A DNA stretch of 64,000 nucleotides from an uncultured Verrucomicrobiota bacterium (GTDB lineage Bacteria > Verrucomicrobiota > Verrucomicrobiia > Limisphaerales > SXQI01), in the NCBI GenBank assembly GCA_964478815.1, contig CAYZKY010000002.1, positions 1,980 through 65,979 on the forward strand. Direction: 5' to 3'. The notes below the pieces were generated by a model. That model was not told where the DNA came from and made no database searches. It saw only the letters and a list, made by a program, of their open reading frames with translations. Positions within the stretch are counted from its first letter, which is position 1; each line of letters begins with the position of its first letter. The translations under genes were made by a program, and so were the position numbers. Of this stretch, positions 56,987 to 64,000 are shown piece after piece.

Positions 56987-57793
56987 TCACGCTTTCAGCC
57001 GGAATTTCGGCGACTGGCTCATGAAACGGATCGGGTTCTGATAAATGACCCGGTCGATCCAGTCGTCCGGGTGCCCCCGTTTCCGCATTTCCAGCGCCGT
57101 GCGCGGGACCGCGAGAGGAATACTGACGCCCCAATCGCACGCGCTGTTCATCCAAAGACGTTCGGTGCCGTACATTTCCAGAATGTCGATGGCGCGGGCC
57201 GGGGTGCATTTGGATTCCGGATAGAGCGTCATGCCGGCCCAGAAGCCGGCGTCGAGCACGAGGCGGACGGTGTGCTCCTCGACATGGTCGATGATGACCC
57301 GCTCCGGCTTGATCCGGCGCTCGTTCTTCAGCACGTCCATGATCAGGCGGGTGCCCTTCAGTTTGTCTTCGAGGTGCGGCGTATGGACGAGCACGAGCTG
57401 GTCGTGCCGGGCGGCGAGATCGACATGTTTCTCGAGCACCGCCATTTCGTTCCGGCTGTTTTTGTTCAATCCGATTTCGCCAATCCCCAGCACGCTCGGC
57501 TGGTGGAGAAACTCCGGGATGATCGACAACACTTCGTCGGCCAGCTTCAGATCCTCCGATTCCTTCGGGTTCAGGCAGAGCCAGGTGTAGTGTTGAAGGC
57601 CGAACTTGGCGGCGCGTTTCGGCTCGAAATCGGTAAGCTGGCGGAAGTAGTCGTAAAAGCCCTGCACCGAGCTGCGATCGAAGCCGGCCCAGAAAGCCGG
57701 TTCGCTGACGGCCACGCATCCGGCGGTGGCCATGTCCAAATAGTCATCCGTGGTGCGGCTGACCATGTGGCCATGTGGTTCGATATAGCGCAT
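56987..57793 (-). CDS. TatD-related metal-dependent hydrolase of the EboB type
   Basis: [40 protein letters not shown] matches the EboB-type TatD N-terminus (HxHMxSRTTDDY). The start was set at the ATG at 57793, 2 nt after the upstream stop codon. Confidence 0.65.
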   Translation of the reverse strand: MRYIEPHGHMVSRTTDDYLDMATAGCVAVSEPAFWAGFDRSSVQGFYDYFRQLTDFEPKRAAKFGLQHYTWLCLNPKESEDLKLADEVLSIIPEFLHQPSVLGIGEIGLNKNSRNEMAVLEKHVDLAARHDQLVLVHTPHLEDKLKGTRLIMDVLKNERRIKPERVIIDHVEEHTVRLVLDAGFWAGMTLYPESKCTPARAIDILEMYGTERLWMNSACDWGVSIPLAVPRTALEMRKRGHPDDWIDRVIYQNPIRFMSQSPKFRLKA

Positions 57794-57795
57794 GA

Positions 57796-58077
57796 TCAGT
57801 GATCGGCGGAGGAAACCGAAGGAGCATAGGCACCGCACGCGGCTTTCGTAGTGGCCGCTGGGATGGGCTGTTCGGTCGGGTCGCTCAGGGCCAGAAGGAC
57901 TTGCTCCGCCCGGCCCGCCTCATTCCTGGACAAGACGCCGAGGGCCTGGCGGAACGCCGCGTAACGAAAGTCGGCGGCCCCATCGCCGCGATCGATGCGG
58001 TCCATGAAGGCGGCCAGCTCGATCAGCTTGCACCGGGCATCCATGAAGTACAAGTCCAGCAGTTGTTGGCGCGTCAT
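57796..58077 (-). CDS. Small hypothetical protein (93 aa), first gene of the ebo-like operon
   Basis: The ORF abuts the EboB-like start tightly and begins [31 protein letters not shown] recognised no family. Confidence 0.4.
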   Translation of the reverse strand: MTRQQLLDLYFMDARCKLIELAAFMDRIDRGDGAADFRYAAFRQALGVLSRNEAGRAEQVLLALSDPTEQPIPAATTKAACGAYAPSVSSADH

Positions 58078-58215
58078 AAAGAGAACACTCCGGAGTGGTT
58101 CCCCGATTTGCGGAATCGCGGCAATGGCATCATGAGAGCGATGCTCCAAGAGAGGCGAAATCGATCTTTCATCGCAAGAAGAAAGTGCAGCCGCGTCCGC
58201 ACCGCCGGCCGGTCG

Positions 58216-58590
58216 CTACGCCGGCGGCCTCAGGACCGCATCGATAACATCGAGCAATTCCTCGCCGGAGAACGGTTTGGCCAGGGTGCGCGAGGCGCCG
58301 AGCATGCGCGCCGCCGACAGATAATCGCGGGCTCCCAGCCGGCCGCCGCCGGAGACGGCGATGATTTTCATGGCGGGGACCATTTTGCGGATGACGGCGA
58401 TGGTTTCGAGGCCCTCCCGTTCGGGCATGATGATGTCGGTAATGAGCAGATCGTAGGCCGCCTTGCCGGCCTCGCGGAGGGCTTCGTTGCCGTCCGCGGC
58501 GGTGCTGACCTGATGCCCGGCCCGCCCCAGGAATTCCGTTTGGGCAGCCAGGTAGTCCGCGTTGTCGTCTACCAACAGTATTTTGGCCAT
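58216..58590 (-). CDS. Single-domain response regulator (CheY-like receiver)
   Basis: The sequence reads MAKILLVDDNADYL...YDLLITDIIMPEREGLETI...KIIAVSGG...LAKPF. The start was set at the ATG at 58590. Confidence 0.85.
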   Translation of the reverse strand: MAKILLVDDNADYLAAQTEFLGRAGHQVSTAADGNEALREAGKAAYDLLITDIIMPEREGLETIAVIRKMVPAMKIIAVSGGGRLGARDYLSAARMLGASRTLAKPFSGEELLDVIDAVLRPPA

Positions 58591-58647
58591 ACCGAGCCGT
58601 GCGTCAGGGTGGGACACGCGGCCGACCGCTGCCTTGCTTCCAACCCT

Positions 58648-61600
58648 CTAAACACGGGGAGTAACCGCGACATGTAACGCCTGTTGCAATATGCGCATCA
58701 GGGTGCTCCGTGCGAACGGTTTGTCAAGCGTCAGATGCACGCCGAGGCGCTGCAATTCGGCCCATTGCGCGGGTTCGATCCGCCCGCTGGCGACGACGAC
58801 CGGAACTTTCGAGCCGCTGCTGCGCAAAGCCCGGATCAAGCCCAGGCCATCCAGCCCCGGCATGTGCAGATCGGTGATGACGACCTTCACCTCCCCGGCG
58901 TATTCGGTGGCCAGCCGGAGGCCATCGACCCCGCCGCCGGCGATCAGCGGCCGGAAGTTCAAGCTGCCGAGGATGACCCGCACCATTTCGCACACGGCAT
59001 GTTCGTCGTCGACGAAGAGCACGAACTCGCCCTGGCCACGCGGCTCGACGAACACCCCGGCTCCGTCGGTCTCCGGCAGGCCCGGCTGGGCGGGGTCCCG
59101 GGCGAGCGGGAGGTAGAAGCTGAATTCCGAGCCTTCGCCCACGCCGCTCCGCACGCGGAGAAAGCCGCCGTGCGCGCGCGCGATGCCCAGCGCGGTGGAA
59201 AGGCCGAGGCCCGTCCCTCCCGACGCGCTCTTGGTGCTGAAGAACGGCTCGAAAATGCGATCCAGGGTGGCGCGCGGCATGCCCAGGCCGGTGTCGGTGA
59301 CGCGGAAGACGGCATGCCGGCCCGGCCGGAATTCGCCCTTTTCGCAAACGCCCTCGGGCACGGGGCCGACCTCTTCGAGATCCGCTTCGAGGATAATGGT
59401 TCCGCCCTCCGGCATGGCGTCGCGCGCGTTCAGGCAAAGGTTGAGCAACACTTGGTGCAGCTCGGTCGCATCGCCTTCGACACTGCCGAGCTGGGTGCCC
59501 AGGCGTTTCTGCACGCGAATGTTTTTGGGGAAGGTGCTGTGGAGGAGGGTTTCGATTTCGGAGAGGACCCAGGCGGGGCGGAGCGAGGTTTTGCGCCCCT
59601 CGGTTCCCCGGGCGAAAGCCAGCAACTGGCGCACCATCGCCGCGGCGCGGGTGGTGCTGGTGCTGGCCAGCTCCAGCAGGCCGGCGTTGTCTTCCGGAAA
59701 ATGCCGCAAGTGATCGAGCGAGAGCAGGACGGGCGCGAGGGCGTTGTTCAGATCGTGCGCGATGCCCCCGGCCAGCGAGCCGATGCCCTGCAGCCGCTGC
59801 GTGCGGTTCGCTTGTTGTTCCAGCTCCTTCCGGAGCGTGATATCCTGATAGGCTCCCCACAATTGAACCACGCGGCCGGCCTCGGTGCGGGCCTCGCCCA
59901 TCACCCGCACCCAGATCGACCGGCCCCGGGCCGTGACGAGCGGCAGCTCAAGGTCGAAACTGGTCCCGCGTTCGATGGCCTCGCTCAACGCGCGCTCGAA
60001 GGACTTGCGTTCCTCCGCCGGGAAAAAGGCCTTCGCCTGGTCCGGATCGGGACGATAATCGGCGGACACCTCATGAATCCGGCGCAACTGTTGCGACCAG
60101 CGCAAACTTTGCGAGGCCAGGTCCAGCTCCCAGCCGCCCACGCCGGCGATCTGCTCCGTCCGTTCCAACAAGGCTTCGCTGGCGCGCAGGATCGATTCCG
60201 CCTTTTTGCGGTCGGTCACATCGCGGCCGATGCTTTCGATGAGGGGCAGGCGGGGATCCGCCGTCAGCGGGCGGGTGCTGAGTTCGATCCAGACCCGGCG
60301 GGTGCCGTCCGCGGTGCGCAGTTCGAACTCCTTCGGCACGGTGGACTCCTCGCCCTGGACTTTGCGCCACCAGGCGTCGTAGGAAAGCTCCTGGCCGGGG
60401 GCCAGCAGGTCGGACAACCGCATGGTTCGCAGCTTCTGCGGGGAGTGACCGGCGGCACGCTGCCAGGCCGGATTCGCCGAGACGAACCGGCCGTCTGCGC
60501 CGTGGACGCTGATGAGGTCGCGGGCATTTTCGACCACGCGCCGGTACCGCTCCGCGAGATTGCCCTCCCGGCGCAGGCCGAAGTAGCGCCAGCCGATCAG
60601 CGCCGCCGCCACGACCGCGCCAAGGGCCAGGGCGCGCGGCGTGTTCCACCAGGGCGGCCGGGCCAGCACCGCGACATCAGCCGGCCCGCGCAGGAGGATC
60701 TCCATCCCGGTGCCCCGCTGGTTTTCGTCCACCGACAGTTCGGCCACGCCGGTCACAGCGATGCGGCTGGCATCGCCGATGGCGCGCAGGGAGTCCGCGG
60801 CGTTGGTGCCATGCAGCCAGGCGGTGACCACTTCCGAGCCCGCGCGGACGACCAGCGCCGCCGCCGCCGGCTTCTGAAGGTGATCCACGACCGTGGCCTC
60901 GAACCGCACCAGCCGGGCGTCCCAGGCAGGCTTCAGTCCTCCGGCCAGATCGATCGCGAGCGGAGCGGGAGCCTGGCCGGCCTCGCGCCGAACGATCGTC
61001 GCCTCGACGAGTGCCGGACTCGCGGCGCCCAGCTCGACGAACCCCGCCACTTCGACGCGGTCGCCCGGGGAAAGAGCGACGGGATCGCGGGTCGTGGCCC
61101 GCATGCCGGCGGTTTGATCCTGGAGAAAGAATTCGCCCGGGGCCGATTGGGCGGTGACGACGCCGGCGAGGCGCATGCGGCGGCCGAACGCGCGGGTGTG
61201 AGGGAAGCGCAGCGCTTCCGCCACGGGCCGGAGTTCCAAGGTTTCCAGCCCGGCCGGAGGCGGCTCGATGACCGCGACGTCGTCCAGGCTTTGCACGAAG
61301 ATTTTGTAGCCCGCCATCTGGCCGCGGCTGTTGAACTGCGTGCCCCACACGCCGCGCACGCGGACGCGCGCATCGACGAGATGAAGAGGGGGCGAGCCGA
61401 TGGCCGGCCCCGCGATGAAGGCCGGGAAGGGCCGCGCCGCGCCTAATTCGAGGCGGAGATGGCCTTCGTGGATGTAGGCCGCGCGGACGATCGCTTCGGT
61501 CTCGACGCGCTGGCTGTCCAACCGGCCGCTGGCGAGTTCCTCGAAACTGGCGGGGCGCGCCGCCGGCAGCTCCGCGCGACCGCGGATCGTCACCCGCGTG

Positions 61601-61947
61601 AGAGCAACGACCGGCGCGAACCCGCCCGGGATGGTGACGCCTTCGAGATCGACTTCCTGGCCATAATCGAGGGGCGGGGTGGCGTTGGTGCGATAAATGA
61701 AAATGCCGTCGGTGGCATCTTGCAGAAACCAGTTGGACCAAGCGGGATCGGAATAGGTGATGACGCCGCGCAACCGAACCGGATGCTGGCGCTCGGCGGC
61801 CCACCGGTCCAACCCGCGCACCGCGGCGGCCTCCGTGAGAGCGGGGGTCGCGCTGGCGGGGCCGGCGGGCTGAGCCTGCGCGGCGGCCACCGTGGCGAGC
61901 AGCAGCCCCGCAGTCCCAACCCATCGCTGGAATCGCGCTCTCACCAC
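58648..61947 (-). CDS. Hybrid sensor histidine kinase: large periplasmic sensor region, TM helix, 2 PAS domains, HisKA, HATPase_c and a receiver domain
   Basis: A signal/TM segment is followed by a periplasmic region of about 430 aa and a second TM helix (ALALGAVVAAALIGW). PAS-like segments are present. The H-box reads GGIAHDLNNALAPV. The ATPase G-boxes read DTGLGM and GGTGLGLS. The C-terminal receiver reads VLFVDDEHAV...VVITDLHMPGLDG. Confidence 0.85.
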   Translation of the reverse strand: MVRARFQRWVGTAGLLLATVAAAQAQPAGPASATPALTEAAAVRGLDRWAAERQHPVRLRGVITYSDPAWSNWFLQDATDGIFIYRTNATPPLDYGQEVDLEGVTIPGGFAPVVALTRVTIRGRAELPAARPASFEELASGRLDSQRVETEAIVRAAYIHEGHLRLELGAARPFPAFIAGPAIGSPPLHLVDARVRVRGVWGTQFNSRGQMAGYKIFVQSLDDVAVIEPPPAGLETLELRPVAEALRFPHTRAFGRRMRLAGVVTAQSAPGEFFLQDQTAGMRATTRDPVALSPGDRVEVAGFVELGAASPALVEATIVRREAGQAPAPLAIDLAGGLKPAWDARLVRFEATVVDHLQKPAAAALVVRAGSEVVTAWLHGTNAADSLRAIGDASRIAVTGVAELSVDENQRGTGMEILLRGPADVAVLARPPWWNTPRALALGAVVAAALIGWRYFGLRREGNLAERYRRVVENARDLISVHGADGRFVSANPAWQRAAGHSPQKLRTMRLSDLLAPGQELSYDAWWRKVQGEESTVPKEFELRTADGTRRVWIELSTRPLTADPRLPLIESIGRDVTDRKKAESILRASEALLERTEQIAGVGGWELDLASQSLRWSQQLRRIHEVSADYRPDPDQAKAFFPAEERKSFERALSEAIERGTSFDLELPLVTARGRSIWVRVMGEARTEAGRVVQLWGAYQDITLRKELEQQANRTQRLQGIGSLAGGIAHDLNNALAPVLLSLDHLRHFPEDNAGLLELASTSTTRAAAMVRQLLAFARGTEGRKTSLRPAWVLSEIETLLHSTFPKNIRVQKRLGTQLGSVEGDATELHQVLLNLCLNARDAMPEGGTIILEADLEEVGPVPEGVCEKGEFRPGRHAVFRVTDTGLGMPRATLDRIFEPFFSTKSASGGTGLGLSTALGIARAHGGFLRVRSGVGEGSEFSFYLPLARDPAQPGLPETDGAGVFVEPRGQGEFVLFVDDEHAVCEMVRVILGSLNFRPLIAGGGVDGLRLATEYAGEVKVVITDLHMPGLDGLGLIRALRSSGSKVPVVVASGRIEPAQWAELQRLGVHLTLDKPFARSTLMRILQQALHVAVTPRV

Positions 61948-62287
61948 GGCGGCTGCCCTAGCCGGAAAAGTTGGCCGCTCCCTGAGATTGAATTCGTGAT
62001 CCCCGCCGCCGCCCCTTCGGCCAGCAGCATCATCGGCAGCACCCGCTGAATCGGGATGGGCATTGCGCGCGAGCTTAAGAAGCCGCCGTGCGCCGTCAAG
62101 CGCTCCCGCGACGAGTGTGATTATTTGTGGCGGGCCGTGGGGGTGATGGCGAAGCCGACAGCCAGAGGTGGCCGTCGAACCGATATTACGGGCACCCCCC
62201 CCTATTTTTTGAATGAGGAGGACGGGGGAGGCGGGCGAGGTTTCAAGCTGGATGTGGCTGGAGGCTGGCGTGATTCGGGCGATGGAA

Positions 62288-62431
62288 ATGTAGACTTCCG
62301 GGGCGACGGGAGGGAGTTGGGAATGGTGAAGGGCGGGTCATTTTGCGCGCAGGAAGTCCTATTTACGCGGGTTTCGTGAGGGTGGGCGCGATGGATTGGC
62401 GGTGGCAGGATGGGGCGCGCCGGGAGGGGGA
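62288..62431. repeat. Copy 1 of a 144-bp direct repeat
   Basis: It aligns without gaps to 62531-62674, with 17 mismatches in 144 by hand alignment. The 59-nt core GAAGGGCGGGTCATTTTG(C/G)GCGCAGGAAGTCCTATTTACGCGGGTTTCGTGAGGGTGGG has 1 mismatch. The 34-nt tail GGCGGTGGCAGGATGGGGCGCGCCGGGAGGGGGA is identical in both copies. Confidence 0.85.
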
Positions 62432-62443
62432 CGCTGAGTTTAA

Positions 62444-62479
62444 CACAGAGATCACCGAGGACACGGAGAACACCGAGAG
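62444..62479. repeat. 9-bp microsatellite (CACNGAGRN x4) between the two 144-bp repeats
   Basis: The sequence is CACAGAGAT CACCGAGGA CACGGAGAA CACCGAGAG, with CAC starting at 62444, 62453, 62462 and 62471. Confidence 0.8.
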
Positions 62480-62530
62480 GAGGCCGGACGGGAAGGGATG
62501 GGTTTGGGCACTCCGGGGCTTCCCAGCGGA

Positions 62531-62674
62531 ATGTAGACTTTCTGGGGGACGGGAGGGGGGTAAGAGCGGTGAAGGGCGGGTCATTTTGGGCGCAGGAAGT
62601 CCTATTTACGCGGGTTTCGTGAGGGTGGGGGCACGGGCCAGGCGGTGGCAGGATGGGGCGCGCCGGGAGGGGGA
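62531..62674. repeat. Copy 2 of the 144-bp direct repeat
   Basis: See copy 1. The offset between copies is 243 bp. Confidence 0.85.
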
Positions 62675-63029
62675 GGATTGGGACGATTGTGGCATGGGAC
62701 CACCCTTCGAGCCTCTTCCCGGAGGAAGGGACACGGCGAGGCGGCGGGGTCGCGCGGCGGAGAATCGGAACAGGAGGCGCGAGGGTTTCGCACCTGTTGT
62801 TCGGAATCGATCCGGGCGACCGCGAGTTGGGGTTCGCGATCATGGATATAAGTATGCCGCCGGGGAGGCGGATCCGCAAGAGGCCGCTTTGCTTTTTGGC
62901 CGAGCGATCGGAGAGGCCAGACGACCGCGTGAAATAATCGCAACCGCCGCGAAACTTGGCCCGCGACTTGCCTTGTGGCACCCGCCGCCCCCGGTTACAT
63001 TTCCGAAAACCACCGCCGAAGGACCAGGG

Positions 63030-64000
63030 ATGAACCCAGCCCCCCGCATCTTCGTCAGCTACAGCCACCGCGGCCAAGGCCCGGCTTGGAAGGCCAAACT
63101 CCTCTCCGCCCTCAAAGTCTTCGCCGATCAGCACCTTCTCGATTTCTGGGACGACGAACGCATCCGCGCCAGTCAGAACTGGCATCGCGAGATCGCCGCG
63201 GCCATGACCTCCGCCGACGCGGCCATCATCCTCCTCACCCCCGAAGCCCTCACCTCCGACTACATCCTCCAGACCGAACTCCCCTTCCTTCGCCAGCGTT
63301 GGGAGGCGGATAAAGACTCTTTCCCCATCTTCCCTGTCATCTGCGAACCCTGCGACTGGAAAGAAAACCTTCATTCGCGCTGGCTCCACGCCATCCAATC
63401 CCCCGCCGGTGCCGAACCCCTCTCCACTTTTCCGGACGCCATTGCCGGGCGCCACCTCCGCCGCCTCGCCACCACTCTCGCCCAGGAATTCAGCCGCCTC
63501 GCCCTCTCGTTCGGAGCCCCGCCTTCAGGCGGTCCCAGCTCCACCCGCACCTATCTCGACAAATTCCCCCTCACCCGCGCCCCCGGCCTGCGCGAAGAAA
63601 AACTCATCGGCCGCGAACAAGAACTCGCCCTGCTCGATCTCGCCCTCGCTTCTTCGTTCGGAGTAGTTCCGCCTTCAGGCGGTCCCGCTTCCTCGCCCCT
63701 GCGAGGGGAGGGGAGTCCTACCGCCATCGTCTCGCTCGTCGCCTGGGGCGGCGTCGGCAAAACCATGCTCGTCCAGCACTGGCTCCGCCGCCTCGAACGC
63801 CAAGACTGGTTCGGCGCGCGCCGCGTCTACGCCTGGAGCTTCTACAGCCAGGGCACCAAGGAAGACCGCCAAGCCTCCGAAGACCTCTTCCTCGCCGAAG
63901 CCCTCCAGTGGTTCGGCGTCCAATGCGAGCCCACTTTCTCCCCTTGGGACAAAGGCCGCCTCCTCGCGGACGCCGCCTCCCGCGAACGCACCCTCCTCAT
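63030..64000 (+). CDS. TIR-domain STAND NTPase (TIR plus NB-ARC/AAA_16-like P-loop); the 3' end lies outside the window
   Basis: This ORF is absent from the supplied track because it has no stop codon in the window. My translation from the ATG at 63030 is MNPAPRIFVSYSHRGQGPAWKAKLLSALKVFADQHLLDFWDDERIRASQNWHREIAAAMTSADAAIILLTPEALTSDYILQTELPFL (TIR_2-like). It continues KLIGREQELALLDLAL...IVSLVAWGGVGKTMLVQHWL (STAND Walker A). AAGGA lies about 9-13 nt upstream of the ATG. Confidence 0.75.
   Translation, partial: MNPAPRIFVSYSHRGQGPAWKAKLLSALKVFADQHLLDFWDDERIRASQNWHREIAAAMTSADAAIILLTPEALTSDYILQTELPFLRQRWEADKDSFPIFPVICEPCDWKENLHSRWLHAIQSPAGAEPLSTFPDAIAGRHLRRLATTLAQEFSRLALSFGAPPSGGPSSTRTYLDKFPLTRAPGLREEKLIGREQELALLDLALASSFGVVPPSGGPASSPLRGEGSPTAIVSLVAWGGVGKTMLVQHWLRRLERQDWFGARRVYAWSFYSQGTKEDRQASEDLFLAEALQWFGVQCEPTFSPWDKGRLLADAASRERTLL
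63508..63535. repeat. Small GC hairpin element, in-frame copy 1 inside the TIR-STAND CDS
   Basis: The sequence is CGTTCGGAGCCCCGCCTTCAGGCGGTCC. The hairpin is CCGCC-TTCA-GGCGG at 63519-63532. It encodes SFGAPPSGGP. Confidence 0.6.
63655..63708. repeat. Small GC hairpin element, in-frame copy 2 inside the TIR-STAND CDS, followed by a second hairpin
   Basis: The sequence is CGTTCGGAGTAGTTCCGCCTTCAGGCGGTCC. The first hairpin lies at 63669-63682 and a second, CCCCT-GCG-AGGGG, at 63696-63708. It encodes SFGVVPPSGGPASSPLRGEG, just before the Walker A motif. Confidence 0.6.

Noticed and set aside
57796-58077. Naming the 93-aa first gene of the ebo-like cluster EboA
   Set aside because: I cannot recall any EboA signature in its sequence, and it is shorter than the EboA proteins I remember. 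It remains hypothetical.
58684-61446. A 920-aa plus-strand ORF
   Set aside because: It is antisense to the hybrid histidine kinase gene, which has clear H-box, G-box and receiver motifs.
62202-63455. A 417-aa minus-strand ORF
   Set aside because: It runs through the 144-bp repeats and the microsatellite, then antisense into the TIR-STAND gene. Its translation is Pro/Arg/Ser-rich and low in complexity.

Overview
This is a 64-kb, high-GC chromosomal window; hand spot counts give about 65% GC in typical genes. The gene content fits the PVC superphylum, most likely Verrucomicrobiota. Supporting markers are a DUF1559-type pseudopilin, a PEP-CTERM-like tail, FG-GAP/ASPIC-UnbV giant proteins, a membrane-tethered ECF sigma factor and a DUF2723-TPR protein. 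I support about 42 CDS. Housekeeping genes are polX, glyQS, uvrA, gltX, hisS, HU/IHF, accD and comF. They are interspersed with very large secreted adhesin-like proteins, hydrolases, two paralogous MFS transporters and a translationally coupled envelope-glycosylation trio. Also present are an ebo-like (EboB/EboE/EboC) cluster behind a hybrid kinase and a CheY-like regulator, a low-GC restriction-modification islet, and a TIR-STAND NTPase that runs off the right edge. I recognised no rRNA, tRNA, CRISPR array, transposase or integrase. The most unusual signals are non-coding. Three intergenic arrays of 8-9 bp direct repeats are phased at about 10-12 bp: ATTTACACA-type x6, ATTTACAC-type x9-10, and TGGTGAAT-type x5. 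A 144-bp duplicated element flanks a 9-bp microsatellite just upstream of the TIR-STAND gene. A small GC hairpin element occurs once intergenically and twice in frame inside the TIR-STAND coding sequence. Many long ORFs in the supplied track are antisense shadows of real genes, a high-GC artefact, and I rejected them. All family assignments come from reading motifs by eye; no database search or computation beyond hand counting was possible.
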